This document shows, in pieces, positions 1 to 8,454 of a stretch of 15,125 bases of DNA. Position 1 is the first letter of the stretch, and each line of letters opens with the position of its first letter. Source of the DNA: Candidatus Sigynarchaeum calidifontis (GTDB lineage Archaea > Asgardarchaeota > Lokiarchaeia > Sigyniarchaeales > Sigyniarchaeaceae); contig JAUQYZ020000249.1 of assembly GCA_030587475.2 (NCBI GenBank), positions 1 through 15,125 on the forward strand, given 5' to 3'. The notes under the pieces were generated by a model. It had not been told where the DNA came from, made no database searches, and was given only the letters and a program-made list of their open reading frames with translations. Made by a program: the position numbers and the translations under genes.

Positions 1-2
1 CG

Positions 3-581
3 GACCTTGTCGGAAGACCATGCAAAGACAAGGACATGCGGAGGGTGTGAACCATCTTTTTCAGCACGGCCAAGGCGATGATTGCGGAAGGGACCGCCAA
101 GGAAATCAGCAAGCAAGAAATGCTCGGCTTGCTCGACGAGTACCGGAAAGTGGGATTCGTGCTCCAGCCGGAGAACAACTTGAAGCCGCATTTCATGTGC
201 AGCTGCTGCGGCTGCTGTTGTGGTGTCTTGACCGGCGCAAAGCTCCTCCCCAAGCCCGCGGAACTCTACCATTCCAATTACATCGCCAGCAGCAGCGTTG
301 AAAAGTGCACAGGATGCGGGATCTGTGCCGAGCGATGCCAGATGAATGCCATCACGATCGAAAGCAAGAAAGCAAAGGTGAATGATGACCGGTGCATCGG
401 TTGCGGGAATTGCATTCCCACGTGCAAAGCGGGAGCAATGCAATTGAATGTACGGCCCTCGACCGTCGTGCCTGCAAAGAACCGGATGGCATATTACACG
501 AAACTCATCATGAAAAAACGAGGCGTGGCGAAAACACTTGGCGGAATAATCGGCAAGTCGCTTCTTGGCAAGAAATTTTAA
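3..581 (+). CDS. 4Fe-4S binding protein (CxCCxCCC motif plus 2[4Fe-4S] ferredoxin domain), 5'-truncated by the window; in-frame TGA at 48-50
   Basis: The frame reads DLVGRPCKDKDMRRV*TIFFSTAKAMIAEG...GFVLQPEN...MCSCCGCCCG, followed by two CxxCxxCxxxC motifs (CTGCGICAERC, CIGCGNCIPTC). The ORF track starts at ATG 78, but family-like sequence continues upstream through the TGA to the window edge. Confidence 0.85.
48..50 (+). other. In-frame TGA at a predicted conserved Cys position: candidate selenocysteine codon (or nonsense mutation/sequencing error)
   Basis: cgg agg gtg TGA acc atc ttt is in the same frame as ATG 78. As I recall the family consensus (G.PC...D.RETC..F), a Cys sits at this position. 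Confidence 0.6.
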
Positions 582-888
582 GCGCTGCTTATCTTTTCAC
601 TTGTCTTCATTCGCCGATTGACCGTGCCATAATTGAAGCGAATACCGAATATCACTCGATGACCAGCCAATATCTTCCAACACGCCAAACCGATCATGAG
701 ATAAGACGTTTCACTCGCATCCATGCGTTTCCGAGTTATCGTGTTAGATCTCGATCTTTGGAAAGCACGAAACACAAATCATTTATCGCGCCGTGGGTAC
801 GAAGTGGGAAAAATTGAGTTGTAAAAGTGTTGTTGGTACGAACAAGTTGTATCATTTTATATCAAAATTCTTATTTTTTGCCAGAATG

Positions 889-896
889 TTTATAAG
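889..896 (+). promoter_or_regulatory. Candidate archaeal TATA box upstream of the tfb paralog
   Basis: TTTATAAG in AT-rich intergenic DNA, about 200 nt before ATG 1098. An alternative TTTTATAT lies at about 855-862. Confidence 0.35.
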
Positions 897-1097
897 CACG
901 AAGTCGCGTGGTCCATACTATCCTCCAAACCACCGATGATGCTCTAAAGAAAAGCAATTACTCCTTCGCGCGCGCTCAAACGCGGCACCCGCCGGCCGCG
1001 AGTCCCATGCTGGTTTTTCGACAAAAATCTGCGCGGACATTGAACTACGCGCGTCATATTCCATCCTTAAAATCACAAGCCTAAAATTGCATAATAT

Positions 1098-2111
1098 ATG
1101 ACACTCAAGGATAATCAGCACATCCATTCAAGTGTGTATGACATGGTAACGTCCAAGAAACACCCGGCCACGAACAATAAACTTGTCGGAAAGCCCGACG
1201 ATAATATTAATCCCGATTTCGACGAGCCGGCGTGTTGTGAACAGCCGGATATCTTCGTGACAGTCGAAGGGAATGTCGTGTGCCGGCATTGCGGCTCGTG
1301 CTTTGGATCCCAGCTCGTGGAAAACGAGCGGCGGGCCTACACGGTCGACGAGCTCAAGAATCGCAAGCGCACGGAGCCCGTGTGGCGCACGTTCGGCCCG
1401 CGGACAGTCATGAGCGCCATCAAGAACGATTCTAAAGGCAATTCCCTACCCCCGGCGAAGCAAGCGCTGTTTGCCCGCTTGTCCAAGATCCAGGGCTCCC
1501 TCATCTCCTCGATCGAGCGCAATTACTGGGAAGCCAAGCCGAAACTGCAGGCGTTTGCTCACAAGCTCGGCGTGCCCGATCACATCATCGAAACGGCGTG
1601 GAAGATCTACTCGGAGGTCGCCAAGCAGAAGCTCACGATGGGCCGCTCGATCCAGGCCTTCACCGCCGCGAGCCTCTACGCGGCAATTCGCATCCACAAC
1701 TTCCCGCGCCTGCTCGAGGAGGTCGTCGACACGTCGACCGTCTCGACCAGGAAAGTACACCAGTCGCTAGGCATGATATTGCGCAGCGTGCTGCCCAAGC
1801 TCGATTACATGTACCGGCCCATCACGCCCCGGTCGCTCGTCTTCCGGTTCGGTAACGACCTCGATTTATCCATCAGCATCCAGAAACAAGCAGCCGATCT
1901 CCTCCACGAGGCCGCGAAGGGAGGCATGACCCGCATCGGCAAGGATCCGAAGGGCCTTGCCGCCGCGGCGCTTTACATCATCGCAAAAAAGACCGCGGAG
2001 AAGAAAACGCAGACGAACTTTGCAGATGTCGCCCGCATCACGGAGGTGACCCTCCGAACGAGGGTCAAGGAGATCCTCAAGCACGTCAAAAACGGTAGCA
2101 GCTATTATTGA
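1098..2111 (+). CDS. tfb: Transcription initiation factor IIB (TFB) family protein, probably a paralog
   Basis: N-terminal Zn ribbon (CCEQP...VVCRHCG), an E-R-R-A-Y B-reader-like segment, and two cyclin repeats with GRS...AASLYAAIR and GKDPKGLAAAALY...ITEVTLRTR. The start could be the later Met at 1143. Confidence 0.92.
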   Translation: MTLKDNQHIHSSVYDMVTSKKHPATNNKLVGKPDDNINPDFDEPACCEQPDIFVTVEGNVVCRHCGSCFGSQLVENERRAYTVDELKNRKRTEPVWRTFGPRTVMSAIKNDSKGNSLPPAKQALFARLSKIQGSLISSIERNYWEAKPKLQAFAHKLGVPDHIIETAWKIYSEVAKQKLTMGRSIQAFTAASLYAAIRIHNFPRLLEEVVDTSTVSTRKVHQSLGMILRSVLPKLDYMYRPITPRSLVFRFGNDLDLSISIQKQAADLLHEAAKGGMTRIGKDPKGLAAAALYIIAKKTAEKKTQTNFADVARITEVTLRTRVKEILKHVKNGSSYY

Positions 2112-2136
2112 GGCCCCCTTATTTATGTTCAGGCCC

Positions 2137-2343
2137 CTATAAAACGAAGCCTCGTGTTCTCAGCTCATACACGTTCGCGAACTCGGCGAGCTTTGCCATT
2201 AATTCTTGGGGGCTAATCGCCTCCTCGCGAATGAATGAAAACGCGACCATATCCCCGCGGATAACCAGGTCGCACCCTTTCTTTTTGAAATAACCATAGA
2301 TTGTGAGGATTCCGTGATCATATTCGTCCCAAGAAATCATCAT
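2137..2343 (-). CDS. Small hypothetical protein (68 aa)
   Basis: Fills the gap downstream of the VWA gene on the same strand, has a purine-rich AGAAAAGGAA ending 7 nt before the ATG, and has globular-like composition. No family recognised. Confidence 0.55.
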   Translation of the reverse strand: MMISWDEYDHGILTIYGYFKKKGCDLVIRGDMVAFSFIREEAISPQELMAKLAEFANVYELRTRGFVL

Positions 2344-2436
2344 GTGTCAATTCCTTTTCTCGTATCAGTTGCAACACATTCTCAAGTTATTTTTCAGTGG
2401 ATTGAAGGGATTTTTTTGTCATTGCGGTTTGACCCT

Positions 2437-4242
2437 TCAAGTACCATCGTTTGGAGAATATGCACGTTTTATTTCGTCCACAACAAGCCCGATCAGGTTC
2501 CGCACGTTCCGAATGCAGTAGATGCACCCGCCTTGCGCCATGAACTCCGTGAACCGCTTCTTCTGCAAATCCGCGGCGCGACCGCCGATGAGAAAGAAGA
2601 TGATCTTGTGTCCCCTCTCCATCAGCGCCGCGAGCGGTTGCATTTCCGACTGCCAGTCGTACAATCCCGCGTCCGAGATGATGAACACGAGCGTTGGCCG
2701 CCCGTTCTGCTTGGCGAGCTTGATGACCGCGCGGGTCGGTAGCACGGTCCCGTCTCCCTCGTATTCCAGCAGCGTGCGCTCGATGGCGGACACGTCGCGG
2801 GTCCACTCGCATTCCCGCCAGTTGCCCGAGAAGTTGATGGCCGCGAGCTGAATGCCCTTGAGCCGGGCAAAGTGGACGGCGGCGAACGCCGCGACCAGCG
2901 CGGTGTCGTATTCCCCCTTGGCATGATCCGAGTCGGGATGCCAACCCATGGATCCCGACGAGTCGATGACGATGAGGAAATCTGGATAATTTTTCTCCGG
3001 CACGAGGCCGGTCTGCATGACTTGCTCCCACTTTCGCGTGGTGAAATTGGGGATGATCAGCGGCGAGTTGAGCAAGGTCAGCGTGAGGTCGAGCGTCTCG
3101 ACCGGGTCGCCGAGCCGCCACGTGACGGGGGTGATGGGCATCGAGCCGGTGTCGCGCCGGGTCATGAGTGTGACCTGTATCAGCCCGGCGGCGCGGCTCC
3201 GGTACCACGAGGCGAGCACGTGCTCCACGCGCAACAAGCCCATCGCCACTGCCGGGCCGCCGAACTCGCCGACATTCTTCGATCTTTTCGCGAGCTCGAC
3301 GAGTATGCGCGTGTCGTTCTTTTCCGGCTCTTGACGGGGGACATCACCCCGTTTGCCCCGCCCGCGGCGGCATCGCCCTTGCTTGAGCGTCCGCTCGTTC
3401 ATCCGGCCGTTGTCCTTGTCGGATGTCTTCGAAACATCCCCGCTTTGCTCAAGCACGTCCACCGGGATCTCGATGAAGGTATCATCGCTGCCCGGCACGT
3501 CACGCCGGTTCGTCGATGGCGCGGGATCCACGGTCGCCACGAGCACGGGGAAATCTTGTTGGACATATTTCTTGAGGATCCGCGAGACGCTGGCGACGAG
3601 CGATGGCCACGCGTTCATATCTCGCAAGTTCTTGCCAACAAGGCTGGCGATCTTCTTGGCATCCGCGATGACCTCCTTGAAATCGGCAGCGTGCTCGACT
3701 TCTTCAGGAACGGGCTGCCCGGTCACGAGTGATTCGGCCTTGACGATGAGCCGCCACGTGAGCGACAACTCTTTCCCAGCCATGTCGCGTGCCACCTTGC
3801 TCACGCTCTCGGTAAACCGCCACGCGGTCAAGTCCTTGAACCGCCGGCTGAGTTCCTGCTCGATGATCAAGTCGGAAACGATGTTGCACGCGATCGGCGC
3901 ATGGGTAGGGCCGAGCACGCGCTGGGCGGCTTGCAACATCAAGCCGTTCGTGATGCCATCATACGGGCAGATGGTGTAGTGGGCGAGCTCGTGGTGGCTA
4001 ATTGATCGCGTGAACTCCCTGATGCCGGCCTCGTCGAGGGCGGGCGAGTGGGCAAGATTGAGATGTACCGTCCAGTCGCGCACATCGATGTAGAACGGTT
4101 CCTTGTAATCATTAGAAAACGAGATGACCGGATCTGGCACGGCTGGATTGTACATGTCAAACTTTGCTTGCTGCCAACCATCGAGCGCTGCTTGCACGAG
4201 CCTTGATTCCGCGTGCTCGCCTCCATTGGATCTTTCTCGCAC
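2437..4242 (-). CDS. VWA-domain protein with N-terminal HExxH metallopeptidase-like domain (MoxR partner)
   Basis: HELAH at 3993-3979. C-terminal MIDAS elements IVIDSSGSM, GDGT and FIISDAG. GTG start lies 11 nt after the AAA gene stop. Confidence 0.88.
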   Translation of the reverse strand: MRERSNGGEHAESRLVQAALDGWQQAKFDMYNPAVPDPVISFSNDYKEPFYIDVRDWTVHLNLAHSPALDEAGIREFTRSISHHELAHYTICPYDGITNGLMLQAAQRVLGPTHAPIACNIVSDLIIEQELSRRFKDLTAWRFTESVSKVARDMAGKELSLTWRLIVKAESLVTGQPVPEEVEHAADFKEVIADAKKIASLVGKNLRDMNAWPSLVASVSRILKKYVQQDFPVLVATVDPAPSTNRRDVPGSDDTFIEIPVDVLEQSGDVSKTSDKDNGRMNERTLKQGRCRRGRGKRGDVPRQEPEKNDTRILVELAKRSKNVGEFGGPAVAMGLLRVEHVLASWYRSRAAGLIQVTLMTRRDTGSMPITPVTWRLGDPVETLDLTLTLLNSPLIIPNFTTRKWEQVMQTGLVPEKNYPDFLIVIDSSGSMGWHPDSDHAKGEYDTALVAAFAAVHFARLKGIQLAAINFSGNWRECEWTRDVSAIERTLLEYEGDGTVLPTRAVIKLAKQNGRPTLVFIISDAGLYDWQSEMQPLAALMERGHKIIFFLIGGRAADLQKKRFTEFMAQGGCIYCIRNVRNLIGLVVDEIKRAYSPNDGT

Positions 4243-4253
4243 TTTTGACGTTG

Positions 4254-6020
4254 TCAGACCCCCTTTCCCCGCTTTCTTGGAACTAGATCATCTTCCTTGT
4301 ACACTCCCGCCCGGACGAGAATATCCTTGATCACCAGCGCGTCGTTACCGCCGGAGATGTCCAGAAACACCTCGGAATCGTCCTCCCGGCCCGTGACGCT
4401 GAGACCGATCGTGCTATCTTTTGTCCGCATTTGCTTCTGCATGGGCATTTTCAAGCTCTCGCGCAGCACCGGCTCGAGAAAATGAAACTCAACGGCCATT
4501 TCAGCCCATATTTGATCACGCCATTTCGCGAACGGGAATTTATACGTCCGCTGCGTGAGGATGTCAAGATAAATGCCGATCTTCGTGAGCAATTCTCCCT
4601 TGTTGAGCATCTCCGTGTCATTGTAAAGGTCGCGCTTCATTTCGAGCAAGGAATCGATGTTCTTGGCGCCATAGGCATCCTCGATGCGCTTCAAGTAATC
4701 CCGGTATCGCTCGTCGAGGTACATCCTGGCCGCGGGGAGAAAATCGGTCTTCACGACGAGGTCGTTCTTCGCATATGCCTCGAGGATATCGATCGCGTCC
4801 TTGGCGGCATCGCCCCGCTTGATCGCGTTCATGATGGCCATAGCTTCCCGCCGTAGCATGAATCTATCCTTCACGATGCCGAGGAGCATGCGCGTGAATT
4901 TCATCTTGTCACCGAAGTATGGTCCCTGGGAAATCTCCGTCGAGACGTACTTGACCCGGTGTTGGATGATGTATGGTGCTACCGTCAGGACCAAGTAGAT
5001 ATCCGCGGGCACGTCCATGAGCCACGCCAATGCCTTCACGTAGCGCTGCAAATCCTTCGCTGCACGTACACTAAGGATCGTGGTCACCTTGTTGCAAACG
5101 ACTTTCGTCGTGTTGAGATGGCAGTCCGCACACAAGTCCGGACCAATTTCCTTCTCGCCAGAGACCCCTTTATTGATACGATCGCAAACAGAAAATTCCC
5201 TTATGATCGCATGTATGAATTCCTCGGCCTCCTCTGTAATTTTCTGGGCATCAACAAGTCTCCAGATGCGCATCAGCTCCTCGACCGTGAGGATTGCCGG
5301 TACCTGCATGAACTCGTCGTAGCCGTAGAGCTTGGTATCCTTGCTCTTGAGGATGAGAGACAAGTCGTTCGTCGTCGGCATGGAGAACGGCAGGGATATG
5401 CCGAACCGGTCGAGAAAAGGCACTGGAAGATCAAACGTGCCAGCATCTTGCGGATTCATCGTGGCGAACAAGCAAAATTGCGATACCGGGTGGCTCGCGT
5501 CGTAGAACTTGACCCGCTGCTCTGCGAGGAGTGATAATAAGATGTTTTGAGCATAAGGTGTCATACGATTAACTTCATCGATGATTTTCCAGAAATCCTC
5601 CACGAATCTTCGCCATTTGACGACCTCCTCGCCTTTCATGAGCTTGGGAAGATCCAGCGTGGCAAGGATTTTCTCTTCCGTGAGCTGCGGGTGGCCGCGG
5701 AGGATGCCCTCCTCGATGTCGTCGAGGGGCTTGCCCGTGAACATGCGGCCGAGGAGTTTAACCAGGGTTGTCTTGGCGCCACCGTGGCCGCCCATCATGA
5801 GGCAGCTGCTGTTGGGGACGAGGGCATTGAGCACGCAAATCGTGAGGATCTCGGGCACGGGCCGCGACGCGATGACCTCCTTTTTTCCATTCATTTCCTT
5901 GTAATGTACTTCCAGTTGGCTCGAATGCACGAATAATTGGTTGGCTTGGGTTAGGTTGATGATGTTCCAAACCTTCTCCCGCAATCCCGCGTTGTCGTTG
6001 AAAACCTGGGCCAATGCCAT
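4254..6020 (-). CDS. MoxR-like AAA+ ATPase with Cys-rich insert and long C-terminal extension
   Basis: Walker A GGHGGAKT, Walker B IIDEVNR, sensor-1 ATMNP, Arg-finger region FLDRF, sensor-2-like LSVRA. Adjacent to a VWA gene, as is typical of MoxR proteins. Confidence 0.9.
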   Translation of the reverse strand: MALAQVFNDNAGLREKVWNIINLTQANQLFVHSSQLEVHYKEMNGKKEVIASRPVPEILTICVLNALVPNSSCLMMGGHGGAKTTLVKLLGRMFTGKPLDDIEEGILRGHPQLTEEKILATLDLPKLMKGEEVVKWRRFVEDFWKIIDEVNRMTPYAQNILLSLLAEQRVKFYDASHPVSQFCLFATMNPQDAGTFDLPVPFLDRFGISLPFSMPTTNDLSLILKSKDTKLYGYDEFMQVPAILTVEELMRIWRLVDAQKITEEAEEFIHAIIREFSVCDRINKGVSGEKEIGPDLCADCHLNTTKVVCNKVTTILSVRAAKDLQRYVKALAWLMDVPADIYLVLTVAPYIIQHRVKYVSTEISQGPYFGDKMKFTRMLLGIVKDRFMLRREAMAIMNAIKRGDAAKDAIDILEAYAKNDLVVKTDFLPAARMYLDERYRDYLKRIEDAYGAKNIDSLLEMKRDLYNDTEMLNKGELLTKIGIYLDILTQRTYKFPFAKWRDQIWAEMAVEFHFLEPVLRESLKMPMQKQMRTKDSTIGLSVTGREDDSEVFLDISGGNDALVIKDILVRAGVYKEDDLVPRKRGKGV

Positions 6021-6382
6021 TCCTCACTTGTTCGTCGATATGCGATCAATATCCCCCGGGCGAGCAGATAAATTGTTTATGTGCTGGGAATTTGTAAAAA
6101 CTACTCATTCAGGATTGCAATGAAGCCTTTGAAACCAATCGAACCGACACTTTTTTATTCAATTTAATTTAATGCATATCATTTTAATTTTAAATGCCGG
6201 TATTCTCCGGAAAACATGCGATCGCATCTGCATATTTCTCGTGTTTATTTGGTCATAAAGGATTGAGAAAAAGGCTTTTACCTTAGAGTCTTCCGTCAAC
6301 ATCGAGATTATTGTAGAAATCGAGTTCATCTTTGTCCTCACGCGATCCAAGCCATTTATCTCGTGTATAGAAGCAGTAACAA

Positions 6383-6402
6383 GAGAAAAAAGAATTTAAA
6401 TG
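6383..6402 (+). promoter_or_regulatory. Candidate BRE/TATA promoter for the 6477-9894 gene run
   Basis: Purine-rich GAGAAAAAAGAA directly followed by TTTAAATG (6395-6402), about 75 nt before ATG 6477. Confidence 0.5.
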
Positions 6403-6476
6403 CGCAAGGTTTGGTTTGAATACGCGCGTGGAATGTTCATACTTGCTACAAAACGCAGAGACGAGCTTGTTTCGCA

Positions 6477-7220
6477 ATGAACCAGAAAGACAAGATCAAC
6501 ATCTATAAAGCCGTCCCCTTGCTTTTTGCATTTACATTCGCGTTGATTTTGTTTGTTTTCTTCTTCTGCGTGAAAGAAACGATCTCGGCCCTGCCCTTGT
6601 TTGCAAGCTACATCGACGCGGGCAATTCTGTTTTCCTCCCGTTCATTCCACGGGTTAATCTGCTGTTTTTCTTGCCGGAGTCGGCTCAAGTCTTGCCGTT
6701 CACCATCGGACATTTAATCGATTTCATAATTATCGTGAATCTTATCGTGGTGGTTAACCCGGTCGCGTATCCATATTACAAGAAGATCAGCAACGAGTAC
6801 CAATACAACCAGTTCTATGATTTGTATGTTGGATACTCTCATTCCTTGCAGAAAGAGCCTCAAATCTTGCTCGACATCGATCCCATGATCCTCGTGAACC
6901 GCCAATGCGTGTTCGATGATTTGAAGGAGCTCGAATCGGGGCACGTGTCAATGCAACCGGGAACAATCGATGAACAATTGGTCCACCACGATGCCACGGA
7001 TAAGCACGCCGTCCGATTCGTCGAGCCGCCGGGGTCAAGGCAGCTGCAATCAACCATATGCTTTCATCCAGCACCGGATGTCCCACGCTCTTCCTCGTTG
7101 CACCGAACTCGTGCGATATTTCTTGGATATGGACGGAATGGAACGCGATCCCGCGTTGCACGCGCTGTTTTTACATTGCTCTTTTCATTGATACCGATAT
7201 TTTGTTCGAGGCATCGATAA
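6477..7220 (+). CDS. Hypothetical membrane protein, copy A (paralog of 13840-14595)
   Basis: Hydrophobic N-terminal segments. Residues 40-87 align without gaps to the same residues of 13840-14595 (22/48 identical by manual count). Stop TAA 7218-7220 overlaps the next ATG. Confidence 0.75.
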   Translation: MNQKDKINIYKAVPLLFAFTFALILFVFFFCVKETISALPLFASYIDAGNSVFLPFIPRVNLLFFLPESAQVLPFTIGHLIDFIIIVNLIVVVNPVAYPYYKKISNEYQYNQFYDLYVGYSHSLQKEPQILLDIDPMILVNRQCVFDDLKELESGHVSMQPGTIDEQLVHHDATDKHAVRFVEPPGSRQLQSTICFHPAPDVPRSSSLHRTRAIFLGYGRNGTRSRVARAVFTLLFSLIPIFCSRHR

Positions 7221-8422
7221 TGACCCAAGAAGAAACCTTCATGGCAGACTTGAAAGAAACCGTCAAAGGAACGGCCAGGGATTGCAAGGTATATGGCGAT
7301 CTCTGTAAGAAACAAGAATACGACCTGGACAAGACGATCACAGATGCTACCCTTCAGGATATCCCGTACATCAACTGGCAACACTTCAAGATGTCCAACC
7401 AGCTATACCACGAGCTCTTGCGCATTCCCATCGACCAGATCGCCTACTGGACGCTGAGCAGCAGCTCGACTGGTGACCCGTCCCTCGTGGGCCGCGTGGG
7501 AAAGGATGTCGAGGTGTTTCGGGAAAATTATCGTAAGGGCTTCGAGGAGTACGCGAAGATGAAGACGTTGAAGCGGCTCATCCTCTTCGCGCCCTCTCTC
7601 AAGTTCTTGAACCATGTACGCGTTAGAGCCATGGGAAAACCAGGATTCCTCTTTTACCGGGACATCACGACCATTTGGGATGGCTTCCAGACCGACTTCT
7701 TGCTCCAGTTCAAGATGTTGAAGGCGATAGCATACTTGCTAACACACTTCAAGCCCAAGGCTTTCATCGAGATCAATGGCAGCCAGTTCGAGAAAGCCTT
7801 GAAGAGCGTGGAGAAGGAGAAGACCCCCACGCTCATGGCGAATTCCGTACCCCTTATCTACATGAACGTGATGGACCTTATTAAAAAGCGGAAGGGTGTC
7901 GGCTATGCGATGGAACCGACGTTTCGAGTGCACACGGGCGGTGGCGGGTGGAGCGGCGTGAAGGGCACCGTGAAGCTGGACAAGCCCATTGAAAAAGCGG
8001 AATTCTTCGAGAAGATTGGCAATTTTTTCAACATCCCCATCGAGAATTTCAGCGACACGTTCGGCGCGACCGAAACGCCCATATGCTGCGGCGGGCACTG
8101 GAGCAAGAAATACAACGACATCGTCTTGCATCTCGACAAGATGCAGGCCCGAATGGTCATCAGGAACACCGAGTCTGGCGAGAGGATCAAGACGACCAAG
8201 GAACCTGGCCTGCTGGAGATCGTGACGCCTTACGGCGTGGACAGCTATGCCGGGGTAGCCGTGCTGCTTGATGACGTTGTGGAGATTCTCGACTTCAACC
8301 GGTGCGAGGAGTGCGGACGTGAAAACCTGGTCCTGTTCCGGATTGTCAAGAAATACACGCCGGAATCGGGAAAAGGCTGCACGTCGTTCACCGTGTATCG
8401 GCCCTTAAAAAAGAACAATTAA
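7220..8422 (+). CDS. LuxE/PaaK-like acyl-protein synthetase (adenylate-forming enzyme)
   Basis: P-loop-like LSSSSTG, TGGGGW, DTFGATE, EPGLLEIVTPY, SYAGVAVLLDD, CEECGR and C-terminal KGCT (LuxE-type GC). The probable start is ATG 7220 (MTQEETF) rather than 7058, which overlaps the upstream ORF. Confidence 0.78.
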   Translation: MTQEETFMADLKETVKGTARDCKVYGDLCKKQEYDLDKTITDATLQDIPYINWQHFKMSNQLYHELLRIPIDQIAYWTLSSSSTGDPSLVGRVGKDVEVFRENYRKGFEEYAKMKTLKRLILFAPSLKFLNHVRVRAMGKPGFLFYRDITTIWDGFQTDFLLQFKMLKAIAYLLTHFKPKAFIEINGSQFEKALKSVEKEKTPTLMANSVPLIYMNVMDLIKKRKGVGYAMEPTFRVHTGGGGWSGVKGTVKLDKPIEKAEFFEKIGNFFNIPIENFSDTFGATETPICCGGHWSKKYNDIVLHLDKMQARMVIRNTESGERIKTTKEPGLLEIVTPYGVDSYAGVAVLLDDVVEILDFNRCEECGRENLVLFRIVKKYTPESGKGCTSFTVYRPLKKNN

Positions 8423-8454
8423 GAGGTTTTTCATATCACGTACACGTGAAAAAA

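Noticed and set aside
51-110. Possible bacterial-type SECIS directly 3' of the in-frame TGA
   Set aside because: Only short, weak stems are present, and the archaeal context predicts a UTR-located element.
936-960. ATGA followed by a TGCT/AGCA stem with an A-rich loop, superficially SECIS-like
   Set aside because: The stem is only 4 bp, there is no 3' GA for the tandem G-A core, and it lies downstream of the putative tfb promoter.
2387-3979. Long alternative-frame and antisense ORFs (273, 286, 208 aa) over the VWA gene
   Set aside because: These are shadow ORFs expected from GC-rich codon usage, with Arg/Ser/Pro-rich composition and no motifs.
5769-5792. Walker A reads GGHGGAKT rather than GxxxxGKT
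   Set aside because: An Ala before the Lys occurs in active MoxR-family ATPases such as RavA (GPPGIAKS), so it is not evidence of inactivation.
6159-6350. 63-aa minus-strand ORF in the AT-rich divergent intergenic region
   Set aside because: No recognisable motif or RBS, and it lies in probable promoter DNA.
7058-7219. 54-codon N-terminal extension of the LuxE-like ORF in the ORF track
   Set aside because: It overlaps ORF A in another frame and looks non-homologous. The TAATG-coupled ATG at 7220 is the better start.
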